From an uncultured Spirochaetota bacterium (GTDB taxonomy: Bacteria; Spirochaetota; Spirochaetia; SZUA-6; Fen-1364), in the NCBI GenBank assembly GCA_963745235.1, contig CAVUXE010000048.1, positions 1 through 64,000 of the forward strand: DNA of 64,000 bases, given 5' to 3'. Each line of letters starts with the position of its first letter. Position 1 is the stretch's first letter. Below the pieces are notes generated by a model that worked only from the letters and a program-made list of their open reading frames with translations, did no database searches and was not told the DNA's origin. The position numbers and the translations under genes are program-made. This document shows, one piece after another, positions 50,582-62,023 of the stretch.

Positions 50582-51133
50582 GTGAGACAGCGAATAGTCA
50601 TTGCTGTAGCTCTCGCGGTCCTTATGGCGGCCTCTGCATATGCACAGACAAATTTCTTTTTGCTGGTAGAAACTGGAACACCGCAGCAGATACAGGCTGC
50701 TATCGACGCTGGCGCGGACGTAAATGCTGCGAACGCGTTCGGTTCGGCCCCTCTGCTGCTCGCTGCCAAGTACAACCATAATCCTCTTGCCCTTACCGTT
50801 CTCTTGAATGCAGGCGCGGACGTCAACGCTCGCAGCAACTTCAACAATACGCCCCTGTTAGTCGCCGCCCAGTTCAACACGAACCCTGAGGTGATAACCA
50901 CACTCTTGAAGGCCGGCGCTGACCTGAGGGCCCGGGGCAGGGACGGCATGACCCCTCTCATGTTTGCCGCTGGAGGCACCTTTAACCCCGAAGTAGTGCT
51001 GGTGCTCCTGAAGGCTGGTGCAAACGCGAAGGGGAAAGACATGAATGGGAAAACAGCGCTTGACTACGCACAAGAGAATCCGAGCTTGAAAGGCACCGAT
51101 GCCTATCGGCAGCTTCAGGAAGCGTCACAGTAA
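50582..51133 (+). CDS. Exported ankyrin-repeat protein
   Basis: Signal peptide ending ASAYA-Q; repeats LLNAGADVNA..TPLL.AA and GKTALDYA. Confidence 0.88.
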   Translation: MRQRIVIAVALAVLMAASAYAQTNFFLLVETGTPQQIQAAIDAGADVNAANAFGSAPLLLAAKYNHNPLALTVLLNAGADVNARSNFNNTPLLVAAQFNTNPEVITTLLKAGADLRARGRDGMTPLMFAAGGTFNPEVVLVLLKAGANAKGKDMNGKTALDYAQENPSLKGTDAYRQLQEASQ

Positions 51134-51271
51134 GCCAGGCAAGGACCGGGTTGCAGGGCTCGCCGATTATTGCGCCGCCGGCCCTGCAGGTGGTTGCGAG
51201 AGTGGATTGTAGAGTATCGCAGAGTGTCGTCGAACATGTGTTCGTCGTCTCAACTCCGAGAGGTGGCTGAC

Positions 51272-51944
51272 TCACCCCATGGCAGCCTGGTTGAGGTAGT
51301 CGATGAAGGGCTTCATCGCCTTGAGGCTCTCCAGCACAAGAGCCGGAAACTCCGGGGAGGCAACGGTCTTGTCATCGAACCTCTCCATTACGCATACCTG
51401 CTTGTAGCGGAGCAGCTCGATCTCAGGATGATCGCTCGGGTACCCCTGGGGAGCGGTCTTCACCTTCTCTCCGGTCAGCTCCTGGAAATGCCGCTTGAAC
51501 TGCACGCTGCTGAGGATCTTCTTGAATGGGCCGGCACCGGCGTCCATGGCCTGCCTGAATGCAGACAGCTGCTGCGGGGTCGGTTCCCAGAGGCCGCCAG
51601 CAGCCATCGACTTTCCATCTGGTTGCAGGTGCAGGTGATACCCGATTCTGCCGGATTTCCTTCCTCCGGGAACTATTCCTGCGCCCAGGCCGGTCTTGTA
51701 CGGGCTCTTGTCCTTGGAGAAACGGACATCGCGATAGATCCGCATCATGCAATCCTTCGGAGTCACTCCGTCAAGGTCCACCACCTTGCCCAAGCCGGGC
51801 AATGAGCTGGCCCACCAGCACCTCGAACTGATTCATGGCCTGCTCGTACTGCTCCCTGTTTGCCTCGAACCACTGCTTGTTGTTGTTTTTCCCGAGCCCC
51901 GAGAGGAACTGAAGGGCAGAGCGAAGACCGGGATCTTTCGTCAT
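51272..51944 (-). CDS. DUF2461 (TIGR02453) protein, frameshift near 51800
   Basis: FLSGLGKNNNKQWFEANR and RIYRDVRFSKDKSPYK in two frames. Confidence 0.85.
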
Positions 51945-52100
51945 TGGTTGCCTCCGTTCGTCAAGGTCTATAGTACAAACACGTCCGTCCGATCGACCAT
52001 GAGCCGGCACCGGGCCCGCACGGGCGGTAGCTGGCCGGCACAAGGCCCTTGACAGAAGCGGATGATTTCTCATATGACCATGTGACAAGTCCATGGGTTG

Positions 52101-52182
52101 GGGGAGATTCCCGAGTGGTCAAAGGGGGCAGACTGTAAATCTGTTGGCTACGCCTTCGAAGGTTCGAATCCTTCTCTCCCCA
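52101..52182 (+). tRNA. tRNA-Tyr(GTA), CCA not encoded
   Basis: GGGGAGA/TCTCCCC stem, CAGA-CTGTAAA-TCTG, long variable arm, GGTTCGAATCC. Confidence 0.95.
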
Positions 52183-52198
52183 ATTCCTACAGCACACC

Positions 52199-52642
52199 AT
52201 GCGGGAACCTTTCTACAGTGACGGCTTGCGCTTCGGATGCACCCGGTGCTCGAAGTGCTGCCGACATACCCCGGGCTACGTTTTTCTTTCGGAGGCTGAC
52301 ATCGAACCCCTCCTTCGGGCGCTGTCAGTGCCGCGGCAGACCTTTCTGCAGGGATATTGCCGTCGGGTTCGCTTCGGTCCTGTGCAGAGACTCAGTCTCA
52401 AGGAGAGACCGAATGTGGACTGCATCCTGTGGGAGGACGGGGGATGCTCGGTGTACGAGGCGCGGCCTCTGCAGTGCCGCAGCTTTCCGTTCTGGAGCTC
52501 CTGCCTCTCCTCAATGGAAGAGTGGCAATTCCATGGGCGCCAATGCCCGGGGATCGGAACGGGCCCGCTGCACTCCCGCAAAGAGATCGAGGGCTGGCTT
52601 GCGCAGCGGATCAGTGAGCCGTTCATTGAGGTGGGGGGCTGA
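52199..52642 (+). CDS. YkgJ family cysteine-cluster protein
   Basis: CTRCSKCC, CSVYEARPLQCRSFPFW, CPG. Confidence 0.88.
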   Translation: MREPFYSDGLRFGCTRCSKCCRHTPGYVFLSEADIEPLLRALSVPRQTFLQGYCRRVRFGPVQRLSLKERPNVDCILWEDGGCSVYEARPLQCRSFPFWSSCLSSMEEWQFHGRQCPGIGTGPLHSRKEIEGWLAQRISEPFIEVGG

Positions 52643-52646
52643 ATGG

Positions 52647-52820
52647 ATGGGCGGGATTTTTCTTTCGGACAGCGAGGAGAACGAGCTGTACGTGATGCTC
52701 AAGCCGCGTGAATCCGACCTTCCAGAGCCGCTCAAGGTGCTCCTCCGCCGGGTGGAGAAATCCCTCTACCAGCGCATGACAATTGAAGACATCGAGGGGC
52801 TTTCCGCGCGCTTTTCCTGA
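52647..52820 (+). CDS. Small hypothetical protein
   Basis: 57 aa (MGGIFLSDSEENELY...), host-like codons, within the operon. Confidence 0.5.
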   Translation: MGGIFLSDSEENELYVMLKPRESDLPEPLKVLLRRVEKSLYQRMTIEDIEGLSARFS

Positions 52821-52889
52821 GCGAAATCGTTGATTTCGCGCCGTGCGAGCGATATTTTCAGGTAGGGCCGGGGAAGGCCTGGTGGATCC

Positions 52890-53906
52890 ATGAGCAGACG
52901 CGCAATCCTTCTTCGGATATCGACCGTTGCCCTGGGAGTGGTTCTCTGCGCGGCGGCAACCCTGGCCTTTCTGAACTCGAGCCCGAGGCCTGCAGGTGAC
53001 AGGCTGTTCTCCATCCGGCCCGGCGAGAGTCTCTCTCGAATCAGCGAACGGCTCCAGGATGAAGGCTTCATCCGATTCGCGCCCTTTCTCGACGTGGTCG
53101 GCAGGATTCGCGGGACACAGGGAGACTTCAAGGCCGGATACTACCGTATCCCCGCGGGCGCCTCGACTCTGTCCATTCACTGGCTTCTTGTGGAGGGAGC
53201 CCAGACCCTGGAGAAACTCACCATTCCCGAGGGGTGGACATCCACCAAGATCGCGCGTCACCTGGAAGCGGAGGGCGTCTGCTCGGAGGCGGATTTTCTG
53301 GAGGCCGTGAAATCTCCCGCGCTGATTTCGAAGTTCGGCGTGCCCGGGAGGAGCCTGGAGGGGTACCTGTTTCCTGACACCTACTATGTCCCCCGGCCTT
53401 TCCCCGCGGATGCCATGGTGGAGCTGATGGTGAAGACATTCTTCGACAGCGTCAGCGGGATATACCCCGGATGGAGGGAGATGCGCCAGGACAAGCTCCG
53501 AGATACGCTGATCCTGGCCTCCATCGTGGAGCGGGAGTACCGCATGCCGGATGAGGCTCCCCTCATCGCTTCCGTCTTCTACAACAGGTTGAAGCTGAAC
53601 ATGGGGCTTGAATCGTGCGCCACTCTTGAATATATTATCACGGAGATCCAGCAAAAGGCACACCCGGAGTACATCACGACGGAAGATGAGAAGCTCAACT
53701 CACCGTACAACACGTATAAGTGGGCGGGTCTGCCGCCTGGTCCGATCTCGAATCCTGGAAGGACAGCGCTGGAGGCCGCTTTCCGTCCTGCGCAGACAGA
53801 TTACCTGTATTTCGTGCTCCGAGACGCGGACGCTGGCCGGCATTACTTCTCTCGCGATCTGAGCGAGCACAACCAGGCGAAGTACCTCTATTTGAAGAAA
53901 TCGTAG
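52890..53906 (+). CDS. mltG: Endolytic transglycosylase MltG
   Basis: TIPEG, LEGYLFPDTY, LASIVERE, SPYNTY..GLPPGPISNPG. Confidence 0.93.
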   Translation: MSRRAILLRISTVALGVVLCAAATLAFLNSSPRPAGDRLFSIRPGESLSRISERLQDEGFIRFAPFLDVVGRIRGTQGDFKAGYYRIPAGASTLSIHWLLVEGAQTLEKLTIPEGWTSTKIARHLEAEGVCSEADFLEAVKSPALISKFGVPGRSLEGYLFPDTYYVPRPFPADAMVELMVKTFFDSVSGIYPGWREMRQDKLRDTLILASIVEREYRMPDEAPLIASVFYNRLKLNMGLESCATLEYIITEIQQKAHPEYITTEDEKLNSPYNTYKWAGLPPGPISNPGRTALEAAFRPAQTDYLYFVLRDADAGRHYFSRDLSEHNQAKYLYLKKS

Positions 53907-53910
53907 GGGT

Positions 53911-55692
53911 ATGCGGATACCGGAAAGCACGCTCTCCGAGATTCAGAACCGCCTCGACATTGCGGAGGTCATCGGGGAGTACGTGACCCTGCAGCGCAAG
54001 GGCGGGAGATACTGGGGCCTCTGTCCCTTTCACCAGGAGAAGTCGCCTTCCTTCACCGTGACCCCGGAGAAGGGAGTCTACTATTGTTTCGGATGCCACA
54101 AGGGGGGCGGGCTTTTCCAGTTCGTGATGGACGTGGAAAAGATCGAGTGGCGCGATGCCGTTGAGCTCCTGGCAAAGAAAGCGGGAGTGGAAATCCCCCA
54201 GGGAGACGCGGGAGGGGAAGGGGCCAAAAGGGAAGCGCTTCTGGAGCTCAATAAGAGGGTCGCCGGAAGCTTCCACTGGCTGCTCCGCGAAGGGGCGCAG
54301 GCGGAGGCCGCCCGGACGTACCTGGAATCCCGGGGCGTGAGCAAGGAGATAGTTGACAGTTTCCAGCTGGGCTACGCTCCCCCGGAAAGGGAGTGGCTGC
54401 ACAGGTTCCTGAAACAGAAGAGCTACTCCGATGAGTTCCTGGCGCAGACGGGGTTGTTCACGCAGGCTTCGCGGGGCGGCATGGGGACGTTGTTCACAAA
54501 CCGCGTCATGTTTCCCATCGCCAACGCTCGGGGGGAAACGCTGGCATTTGGCGGAAGGGCGCTGGGAGACGTCCAACCGAAGTATCTGAACTCCCCTGAG
54601 ACGGCGTTTTTCCGCAAGGGTGAGAACCTTTTTGCGATCGACAAGGCGGCGGCTGCCATTCGCAGCGCAGGCGCGTTTGTCCTGGTGGAGGGCTACATGG
54701 ATGTCCTGGCGATGCACCAGGCAGGCATCGCCAATTGCGTGGCCCCGCTGGGAACGGCGCTCACGGAGCCCCAGGTGCGGCTCCTGAAGCGCTACGCGCA
54801 GAAGGGAATCCTGGTGTTTGACGGAGACGATGCCGGGCAGAAAGCCAGCATGCGGGCCATCGAGATGCTGGAGCGCCAGGACTTGATTGCGCAGGTCGTT
54901 GTTCTTCCGGACGGCCAGGACCCGGCGGACTTCGTGCAGAAGGGGGAGGCCGCGAAGCTTCGGGAGCTGTTGGAAAGGCCCCTGGACAGCTTCCGCTACT
55001 TGACGGCAAGGGCTCTCGCCGCGCGTGACCTCGCCAGCCCGGAAGGCAGGGAAGGGTTCCGCGATTTCCTGTTTCCGTACGTGGCGGCCGTTGGCTCCCA
55101 GTTGAGGGCGGACGGCTACCTGACGCAGATTGCGGAGGCTCTTGGCGCGGAGCCCGGAGCCATTCGCCGGGATTTTTCGGCCTGGAGGTCCCGGGAGAAA
55201 GACCGCGGAAGGGGCAAAGCGGTGAGCACAGCGGAAGGTCCCGCGGCTGTTTCCGCGGACTTGTTTCTTTTTCTCGCCGTTGCCGCGAATCCGGAGCTCT
55301 TCCCACTTGTCCGCAACGGCGGGATTTCGATTTCTGATCTCGATGATGAGCGCGCCAGGCAGCTTTTCATCGCGTTGGAGGAATGCTTTCGGGCGGAGGA
55401 AACCGGGCTTGACGCGTTGTGCGCACGGATCGACTCGCCTGCGCTGCGGGATCTTGTGATTCGCAAGGTCGCGAGCGGAGAGTTCGACATGAACCAGGAA
55501 AGACTGGTCAGGGACGGAGTGCGGCGCGTACGCCAGAGGGAGCTCGCAAAGCGCATCGACCTGTTGGGGGCGGAAATGCGAAGGATCGATCGAGAAAGCC
55601 CGGATGCCGCGCGCATGCGTGAGCTTCTCGCGGAAAAGATGCATCTGGACGACGAGCTTGCGAAACTGAACACGGGGGCTGCAAGGGCTTGA
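53911..55692 (+). CDS. dnaG: DNA primase
   Basis: CPFH..CFGC zinc finger, [22 protein letters not shown]. Confidence 0.96.
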   Translation: MRIPESTLSEIQNRLDIAEVIGEYVTLQRKGGRYWGLCPFHQEKSPSFTVTPEKGVYYCFGCHKGGGLFQFVMDVEKIEWRDAVELLAKKAGVEIPQGDAGGEGAKREALLELNKRVAGSFHWLLREGAQAEAARTYLESRGVSKEIVDSFQLGYAPPEREWLHRFLKQKSYSDEFLAQTGLFTQASRGGMGTLFTNRVMFPIANARGETLAFGGRALGDVQPKYLNSPETAFFRKGENLFAIDKAAAAIRSAGAFVLVEGYMDVLAMHQAGIANCVAPLGTALTEPQVRLLKRYAQKGILVFDGDDAGQKASMRAIEMLERQDLIAQVVVLPDGQDPADFVQKGEAAKLRELLERPLDSFRYLTARALAARDLASPEGREGFRDFLFPYVAAVGSQLRADGYLTQIAEALGAEPGAIRRDFSAWRSREKDRGRGKAVSTAEGPAAVSADLFLFLAVAANPELFPLVRNGGISISDLDDERARQLFIALEECFRAEETGLDALCARIDSPALRDLVIRKVASGEFDMNQERLVRDGVRRVRQRELAKRIDLLGAEMRRIDRESPDAARMRELLAEKMHLDDELAKLNTGAARA

Positions 55693-57635
55693 AAACGAAA
55701 ACGACGACAAAGGCCAAACAAGCGCCGCACGCGGCGTCACGGGAAACGCAGAAGGCGGCGCGGGAAGCGCCGCACGCTGCGTCACGGGATGCGAAGCATG
55801 CCGCGTCACGGGAAGCGCCCCACGGGGCGTCAAGGGAATCGGCTCACAAGAGGGAAAAGGCCGTGGGGAGGGCTGCCTCCAAGATCACTCGCGGCGCCGC
55901 CCCGTCTTCGGGAAGCGTCGAGCTCGCCGACGACCCGGCTATCAAGAAGCTCCTCGAGTATGCGAAGGGGAAGAAGAGCGTCAGTTATGACGAGGTGAAC
56001 GATTTCCTTCCTGACTCGATTGTGCACTCGGACCGAATCGAAGAGGTCATCGGTCTGCTGGAAAAGCACAACATCAAGCTGGAAGACGAGGAGATCAACC
56101 TCGACATCGAAGAGGAAAAGCCCGGGAAGGACCGCAAGAAGCTCATTTACAGCGACAAGGAATCCTCGGTGGATGATCCCATCCGCCTCTACCTGCGAGA
56201 GATCGGCAAGGAGAATCTGCTCACCGCAGAGCAGGAGGTCGAGCTCTCCAAGCGGATGGAAGAGGGAGAGAACGTCGTCAAGGGAGTCATCAAGAACTCC
56301 GGCGTGCTGGTGCGGGAGTTCCTCCGCCTCGGTCTACGCGCTACCTCCGTCAAGGATCCCCGGGAGATGAACCTCTCCAAGAAGGAGGCCACCGAGTACC
56401 TGGCGGAGACCCGCAAGCTCGGCGCTTTCTATCGGGAGCCCTTCAAGGATCACCTGCCGGGCGTGAAGCGCTACATGGAGATGAAGCGCCAGACCGAGTC
56501 CGAAGGCGGGGACATCTTCGACGACGCGTTCCTGGAGATCCGCAAGGACGTTGCGGACTCCCTCAAGAAGGTCGAGCTGCGCCCGGAGGACATCGCGGCC
56601 ATTGCGGACCGGCTCATTGCCGTGGCCCGGCGGATCCGTTCTCTTCAGAAAGAGATGACACGGGTCGAGAGGCGGCTTCATATTGCCTCTGCAAAAGACA
56701 TGAAGTCCATCGTGCGCAGGCTCCCTGTCAACGCGGAAAGGGAGAAGCTGGAGAAAGCCGTCGGGATGGGGCTGGAAAGGGTGCGGGAGCTGCTCCGCCT
56801 TCATCAGGGCAACGAGAAGAAGCTCCAGCGCTACGAGACGGTGTTCGAGAACAAGGCTGAGGACATCCTGGCCATGGCGGACGAGATAGACCGCGGCCGT
56901 ATCCTCATGAAGGAAGCCAAGGACCGACTGATCAAGGCAAACCTCCGCCTGGTCGTGAGCATCGCCAAGAAGTACACAAACCGCGGCCTTCATTTTTTCG
57001 ATCTGGTCCAAGAAGGGAACATCGGTCTGATCAAGGCGGTGGAGAAGTTCGAATATCGAAAGGGCTACAAGTTCTCCACCTATGCGACGTGGTGGATCCG
57101 TCAGGCCATCACGCGCTCCATCTCGGACCAGGCCCGCACCATCCGGGTCCCCGTCCACATGATCGAGCAGATCAACAAGGTGATGCGCGAATCGCGCCAG
57201 CTGATGCAGGTGCTGGGCAGAGAGCCCACGGATGACGAGGTGGCGGAAAAGCTCGGTTGGGCCACCGGCAGGGTGAAGGCCGTGAAGAGCGTGGCGCGCG
57301 AGCCCATCTCCCTGGAGACCCCTATTGGAGAGGAAGAGGACAGCCTGCTCGGGGATTTCATCGAGGACAAGGAAGTTGAGAGCCCCTCCAACATGACGGC
57401 GTTCCGGCTGCTCCAGGAGCAGCTGGAGTCCGTCCTGACCACGCTTCCGCCGCGGGAACAGGAAGTGCTCAAGATGCGCTTCGGCCTGGAAGACGGGTAC
57501 TCCTTGACGCTGGAGGAGGTGGGCCTCTACTTTAACGTCACGCGAGAGCGGATCCGTCAGATCGAGGCCAAGGCGCTTCGGCGGCTGCGCCACCCCACGC
57601 GGAGCCGGCGCCTGAAGGATTATCTGGAACACTAG
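55689..57635 (+). CDS. rpoD: RNA polymerase sigma factor RpoD
   Basis: [47 protein letters not shown]. Confidence 0.97.
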   Translation: MKTKTTTKAKQAPHAASRETQKAAREAPHAASRDAKHAASREAPHGASRESAHKREKAVGRAASKITRGAAPSSGSVELADDPAIKKLLEYAKGKKSVSYDEVNDFLPDSIVHSDRIEEVIGLLEKHNIKLEDEEINLDIEEEKPGKDRKKLIYSDKESSVDDPIRLYLREIGKENLLTAEQEVELSKRMEEGENVVKGVIKNSGVLVREFLRLGLRATSVKDPREMNLSKKEATEYLAETRKLGAFYREPFKDHLPGVKRYMEMKRQTESEGGDIFDDAFLEIRKDVADSLKKVELRPEDIAAIADRLIAVARRIRSLQKEMTRVERRLHIASAKDMKSIVRRLPVNAEREKLEKAVGMGLERVRELLRLHQGNEKKLQRYETVFENKAEDILAMADEIDRGRILMKEAKDRLIKANLRLVVSIAKKYTNRGLHFFDLVQEGNIGLIKAVEKFEYRKGYKFSTYATWWIRQAITRSISDQARTIRVPVHMIEQINKVMRESRQLMQVLGREPTDDEVAEKLGWATGRVKAVKSVAREPISLETPIGEEEDSLLGDFIEDKEVESPSNMTAFRLLQEQLESVLTTLPPREQEVLKMRFGLEDGYSLTLEEVGLYFNVTRERIRQIEAKALRRLRHPTRSRRLKDYLEH

Positions 57636-57655
57636 GGCAAGGAAAAGGAAAAAAC

Positions 57656-58477
57656 ATGGCACGGACAGTGTATGACAAGCTGAGAGCGCTCCAGGACGTC
57701 CTCTCCAAGAAGTTCGACGTGGAGAAGGAGATCCAGGAGATACCCAAGTCCCTCGCGACGAAGACGGAGCTTCTCAACCGCCTGAAGAAGTCCTTCATGG
57801 ACAAGAGCGCCACCTACGAGGCCGCGCAGGCGCGCGTGGTGGACCTGGGCCAGAAGCTCACCGAGGCGGAGCAGGGCCGCGAGGGCTTTGAAGGCCAGAT
57901 GGACGTCATCAAGACGCAGCGCGAGTACGAGGCGCTGGACAAGGAGATCAAGGACGCCACGGAAAAGGAGCAGCAGCTGCGCAAAGAGCTGCAGCGCGAG
58001 CAGACCTCCCTGGAGGAGCTCAAGGGCGCCATCGAAAAAGAAGAGATGATGATCCGCAAGCAGGAAGAGGACGTCAAGGAAGAGCAGTCCAAGATCAAGC
58101 TGAAGATCAAGGAAAAAAACGGAGAGCTGAAGAAGCTGCAGGGGGAGGAGAAGAAGATCACCCCGGGCCTCGATGAGGACATCCTTTTCAAGTTCGAGAG
58201 GATCATCAAGAGCAAGTCGGGCCTCGGTATCGTGTCCCTCACCAAGGGCGTCTGCACGGGATGCTACATGATTCTCCCTCCCCAGTTCGTCAACACGGTC
58301 AGGCTCGGAGAGCGCGTGGAGTTCTGCCCGTACTGCAGCCGCATCCTCTTCTACCAGGAGGACGAGGAGGGGGAGAGCCTCGAATCCGCCGTCGTCGACG
58401 AGGAGGTCGAGGACGAGGAGGAGGAAGAGGAGGAGCAGGAGGAAGAGGCGCCGGAAGAAGAGGAAGAGGAGATATAA
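57656..58477 (+). CDS. Coiled-coil C4 zinc-ribbon protein (DUF164-like) with acidic tail
   Basis: CTGC...CPYCSRIL, long coiled coil, poly-Glu C-terminus. Confidence 0.85.
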   Translation: MARTVYDKLRALQDVLSKKFDVEKEIQEIPKSLATKTELLNRLKKSFMDKSATYEAAQARVVDLGQKLTEAEQGREGFEGQMDVIKTQREYEALDKEIKDATEKEQQLRKELQREQTSLEELKGAIEKEEMMIRKQEEDVKEEQSKIKLKIKEKNGELKKLQGEEKKITPGLDEDILFKFERIIKSKSGLGIVSLTKGVCTGCYMILPPQFVNTVRLGERVEFCPYCSRILFYQEDEEGESLESAVVDEEVEDEEEEEEEQEEEAPEEEEEEI

Positions 58478-58565
58478 GGCGATCGGCGCTCCCGTTGATT
58501 CGCTGCGCGAATCAACTGCCGCGCCGATCGGCCTCCCCCACCATCGGCTCTGCCGATGATAGGGG

Positions 58566-58974
58566 AGGGCAGATCAGGTCACCGCTCGAGCAAGTCCAAA
58601 GGACTTGCGAGAGAGGAAAGTCCGGGCTCCAGAGAGCAGAACGCCGGCTAATCCCCGGGTCCTGGAACCGCAAGGCCATCCAGGAACAGAAAGTGCCACA
58701 GAGAACAGACTGCCTGCAGCAAACCCGCAAGGGTTTGCGAAAGGTGAGGGTGAAAAGGCGGGGTAAGAGCCCACCGCCCGTCCGGCAACGGACGGGGCAC
58801 GGAAAACCTCGTTCGGAGCAAAGCCAAGCAGCAGGGGGCTGCTCGTCCAATTGCAGCTCGCGGCCAGGCCGCGCGGCTGCAAGAACCTGCGGGTCGGCTG
58901 CACGAGGGCACGGGAGACCGCGGCCCCAAGAGAGATGGTGACCCTCGACAGAACCCGGCTTATCGATCTGCCCT
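58566..58974 (+). ncRNA. rnpB: RNase P RNA (class A)
   Basis: GAGGAAAGTCCGGGCTC, GAAAGTGCCACAGA, GGTAAGAGC, ACAGAACCCGGCTTA; P1 pairing AGGGCAGATC/GATCTGCCCT. Confidence 0.95.
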
Positions 58975-59014
58975 TTTTCTGATATTCATTGAGGGTGTCC
59001 GGCGTGAAAGACTC

Positions 59015-59965
59015 ATGATCCTGAACTATGATCACTACCGAACCGGCCAGCGCAAGCACGGCCGCCGGAGAGCCCTCATTACTCTGGGCGCGGCCGCCCT
59101 GCTTGTCCTGGTCGTGCTGGCCCTCGTGCTGAAGCTTCCGTCCCGGCTCTTTGATCCCGGGGTAGCTCGACAGGCACCGGGGAAGCTTCCAGACCTGTGG
59201 AAGTCAGAGAACTATGAAGGGGTCATTGCGGCCGCTGATTCCGTGCTCAGGGGAGATCCCCTGAATGCAACGGCGCTTTCCTATCGCGGGTTCGCCTATT
59301 TCTATCGCGCCGCTGCGGAAAACGCCCTGGAAGAGAAGCTGCCCTACCTCGATGAATCCATCGTTTCACTGAGGCGCGCGCTGCTGGTGGGCACGCCCTT
59401 CAACGGGGAGGCGGACTACGTCCTGGGCAAGGCTTACTTCTACAAAGGGAAGTACTACTACGACGAGTCGATCTCCTTCATGGAAAGCTCCCTGGCAAAG
59501 GGGTACGTCCAGAAGGACTCCAACGAGTACATCGGCCTCGCCTACACCCAGCTCGGTGACTACGAAAAGGGAATGGAGTACTTTCTTACCGCTCTCAAGG
59601 ATGACTCCGGCGACCTTCTGCTCTTGACAATCGGGCAAACTTACTACCAGATGAAACGGACCGGAGACGCGATCGACTATCTCCTGCGCACTCTCAACAA
59701 GACTGACGACAAGGCGATAGAGAAGCGGGCGCGGTTCCTCCTGGGCGAGATTTATCTCGACAGGAACGAGCTTTTCAAGGCTGAGGAGCAGTACACGGAA
59801 ATCGTGAAGGTGGATCCCCAGTCAGCGGACGCCCATTTCTTCCTTGGAGAGGTGTACGCGAAGATGAACGACCCCGTAAAGGCCAGGGCGGAATGGCGCA
59901 ACGCGTTGATCATAGATCCTTCTCACTATGGAGCGAAGCTCCGCTACTATTCCTCACGGAAGTAG
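59015..59965 (+). CDS. Membrane-anchored TPR protein
   Basis: One TM segment followed by multiple TPRs (AHFFLGEVY). Confidence 0.85.
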   Translation: MILNYDHYRTGQRKHGRRRALITLGAAALLVLVVLALVLKLPSRLFDPGVARQAPGKLPDLWKSENYEGVIAAADSVLRGDPLNATALSYRGFAYFYRAAAENALEEKLPYLDESIVSLRRALLVGTPFNGEADYVLGKAYFYKGKYYYDESISFMESSLAKGYVQKDSNEYIGLAYTQLGDYEKGMEYFLTALKDDSGDLLLLTIGQTYYQMKRTGDAIDYLLRTLNKTDDKAIEKRARFLLGEIYLDRNELFKAEEQYTEIVKVDPQSADAHFFLGEVYAKMNDPVKARAEWRNALIIDPSHYGAKLRYYSSRK

Positions 59966-60071
59966 TCTCGTGCCCGCCGCGGCCCGCGCCGCTGCAGCAT
60001 GAATGTCACGGCAGCGGCGGCGCGGCAGACCCCGCGGACGCCCACCGTGGCCGCAAAGGGAGGTTTTCCTG

Positions 60072-61109
60072 ATGGCCTGGGACAGGATGTTTGAAGCTTT
60101 TTCCACCGATCTCGGCATAGATCTCGGCACGTGCAGCACGCTTGTTCACGCCCGCGGCAAGGGGATAGTCCTGTGCGAACCGTCAGTGGTTGCCATGGAG
60201 CGCGGCACCAAGAAGGTGATGGCGGTGGGCACGGAAGCCAAGAAAATGCTCTGGAAAACCCCCGGCGACATCGTCGCCCTGCGGCCAATCCGAGACGGCG
60301 TCATTGCGGACTTCGAGGCGACGGAGAAGATGATCAGGTACTTCATTGAGAAGGTCATCTCCCGCCGATGGTTCGTCAAGCCGCGGATGGTGATCGGGGT
60401 TCCCACCTGCATCACCGAGGTGGAGAAACGCGCGGTTCGCGACTCCGCCGAACAGGCAGGGGCCCGCGAGGTCTACCTCATCCAGGAATCCATGGCGGCC
60501 GCCATCGGCGCCAACATCCCCATCCTGGAGCCCGCCGGACACATGATCTGCGACATCGGGGGCGGCACCACCGAGATCTCCGTCATCTCCCTCGGCGGCA
60601 TGGTGGTCACCAACGCCATCCGCGTGGGAGGGGACGAGTTTGATGAGGCAATCATCAAGCACGTGCGGAACGTGCACAACCTCATCGTCGGTGAATCCAC
60701 GGCAGAGAACGTGAAGATAACAATCGGGAACGCCTCTCCCGACAAGAAGATCGACAAGATGGAGATCAAGGGCACGGACGCCATTACGGGCCTTCCTCGG
60801 AAGCTGGAGATGGATTCCGTGGAAGTGCGCGAAGCGCTGCAGGAGCCCATCAACACGGTGATTGAAGAGATCAAGAAAACCCTCGGCCAGACGCCCCCCG
60901 AGCTGGCCGCGGATATCGTGGAGCGCGGCATCGTCATGACGGGAGGCGGCTCGCTCCTCAAGGGGTTCCCGAAGCTCATTTCCAAGGAAACGGGGGTCCC
61001 GGTGATCCTCGCCGAGAACCCGCTTTTGTGCGTGGCCCTCGGCGCCGGGAAGTTCCTCGAGAGCCTCGTGCGGGAGAAGAACTCCAAGTACTTCAACGTG
61101 AAGACCTGA
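60072..61109 (+). CDS. mreB: Rod shape-determining protein MreB
   Basis: [22 protein letters not shown]. Confidence 0.96.
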   Translation: MAWDRMFEAFSTDLGIDLGTCSTLVHARGKGIVLCEPSVVAMERGTKKVMAVGTEAKKMLWKTPGDIVALRPIRDGVIADFEATEKMIRYFIEKVISRRWFVKPRMVIGVPTCITEVEKRAVRDSAEQAGAREVYLIQESMAAAIGANIPILEPAGHMICDIGGGTTEISVISLGGMVVTNAIRVGGDEFDEAIIKHVRNVHNLIVGESTAENVKITIGNASPDKKIDKMEIKGTDAITGLPRKLEMDSVEVREALQEPINTVIEEIKKTLGQTPPELAADIVERGIVMTGGGSLLKGFPKLISKETGVPVILAENPLLCVALGAGKFLESLVREKNSKYFNVKT

Positions 61110-61113
61110 TCCC

Positions 61114-62023
61114 ATGCCCGGTCTGTTCGAAGGCTTCGTAGCGAGGCACAGGAAGGGCGTCACGCTGGCCGTCCTGGTCATCGTGTCCCTGACCTTCCTG
61201 CTCGTGTCCAACCGGTCAATCGTGATCAAGCCCAAAGAGGTCGGGCTGTCCTTTGTCGGGTTCTTTCAGAAGGGGTTCACAGGATTCTTTCGCTGGTTCG
61301 GCGACACGGCGGGCTCCATCCGGCAGCTCAACGCCGCACGGGACGAGCTCGATGCGGCGCGGGCAAAGCTCCAGGACATGGACAGGGTGACCCGGGAGAT
61401 CGTGGAGCTCCGCCGCCAGAATGCCATGCTGAGAGGGCAGCTGGACCTTTCGCAGTCTCTCCCTCCGGACCGCATCGCGGCGGAAGTCATTGCGCGTGAC
61501 ACGGACAACCTCTTTTCGACCATCACCATCAACAAGGGCGCGCGGCAGGGAGTTCGCCCCGGGCATGCCGGTGGTGGCGTACCAGGGAGACATGGAGGGG
61601 CTGGTCGGAAAGGTGCTCTCCGCGGGCCCCGGCGCTTCCCAGATCCTCCCCCTGTACGATCCTCAGTGCCTTGTTTCGGCCCGGCTGGACGCCTCGCGTG
61701 ACGAAGGGCTTGTGAAAGGGGAGGGCAAGGACCACGGGACTCTCCTCCTCCAGTACGTGAAGAAGACCGCCAAGGACGCCATCCAGTACGGAGACCTCGT
61801 GGTCACCTCCGGGCTCGGCGGGCTCTATCCGAAGGGGATCAACCTGGGCCGGGTCCGCGACATCCGCGCCCTGGCATATGAGACGTCGCTGGAGATCGAG
61901 GTGGAGCCCATCATCAATTTCGACAGGCTCGAATACGTATTCCTCATCGATGCGGAAAGCAGCGGCGGGCCGCCCGGAGCACAGGCAGGGCCTTCCGGAT
62001 CCACGGGGGCGCCGGGGCAATGA
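61114..62023 (+). CDS. mreC: Rod shape-determining protein MreC (frameshift near 61560)
   Basis: TITINKG..G, then GLVGKV and GDLVVTSGLGGLYPKGI. Confidence 0.9.

Larger units (their letters stand above)
49746..51268. mobile_element. Relic genomic island at tRNA-Thr bounded by 19-bp att-like repeats
   Basis: TCAAGTCCGAGAGGTGGCT (49746-49764) versus TCAACTCCGAGAGGTGGCT (51250-51268); visibly lower GC inside. Confidence 0.65.

Noticed and set aside
53695-55833. 712-aa minus-strand ORF and similar long antisense ORFs (e.g. 33760-35259, 56334-57662, 62799-63947)
   Set aside because: These are shadow frames of well-supported genes in high-GC DNA and have no motifs.
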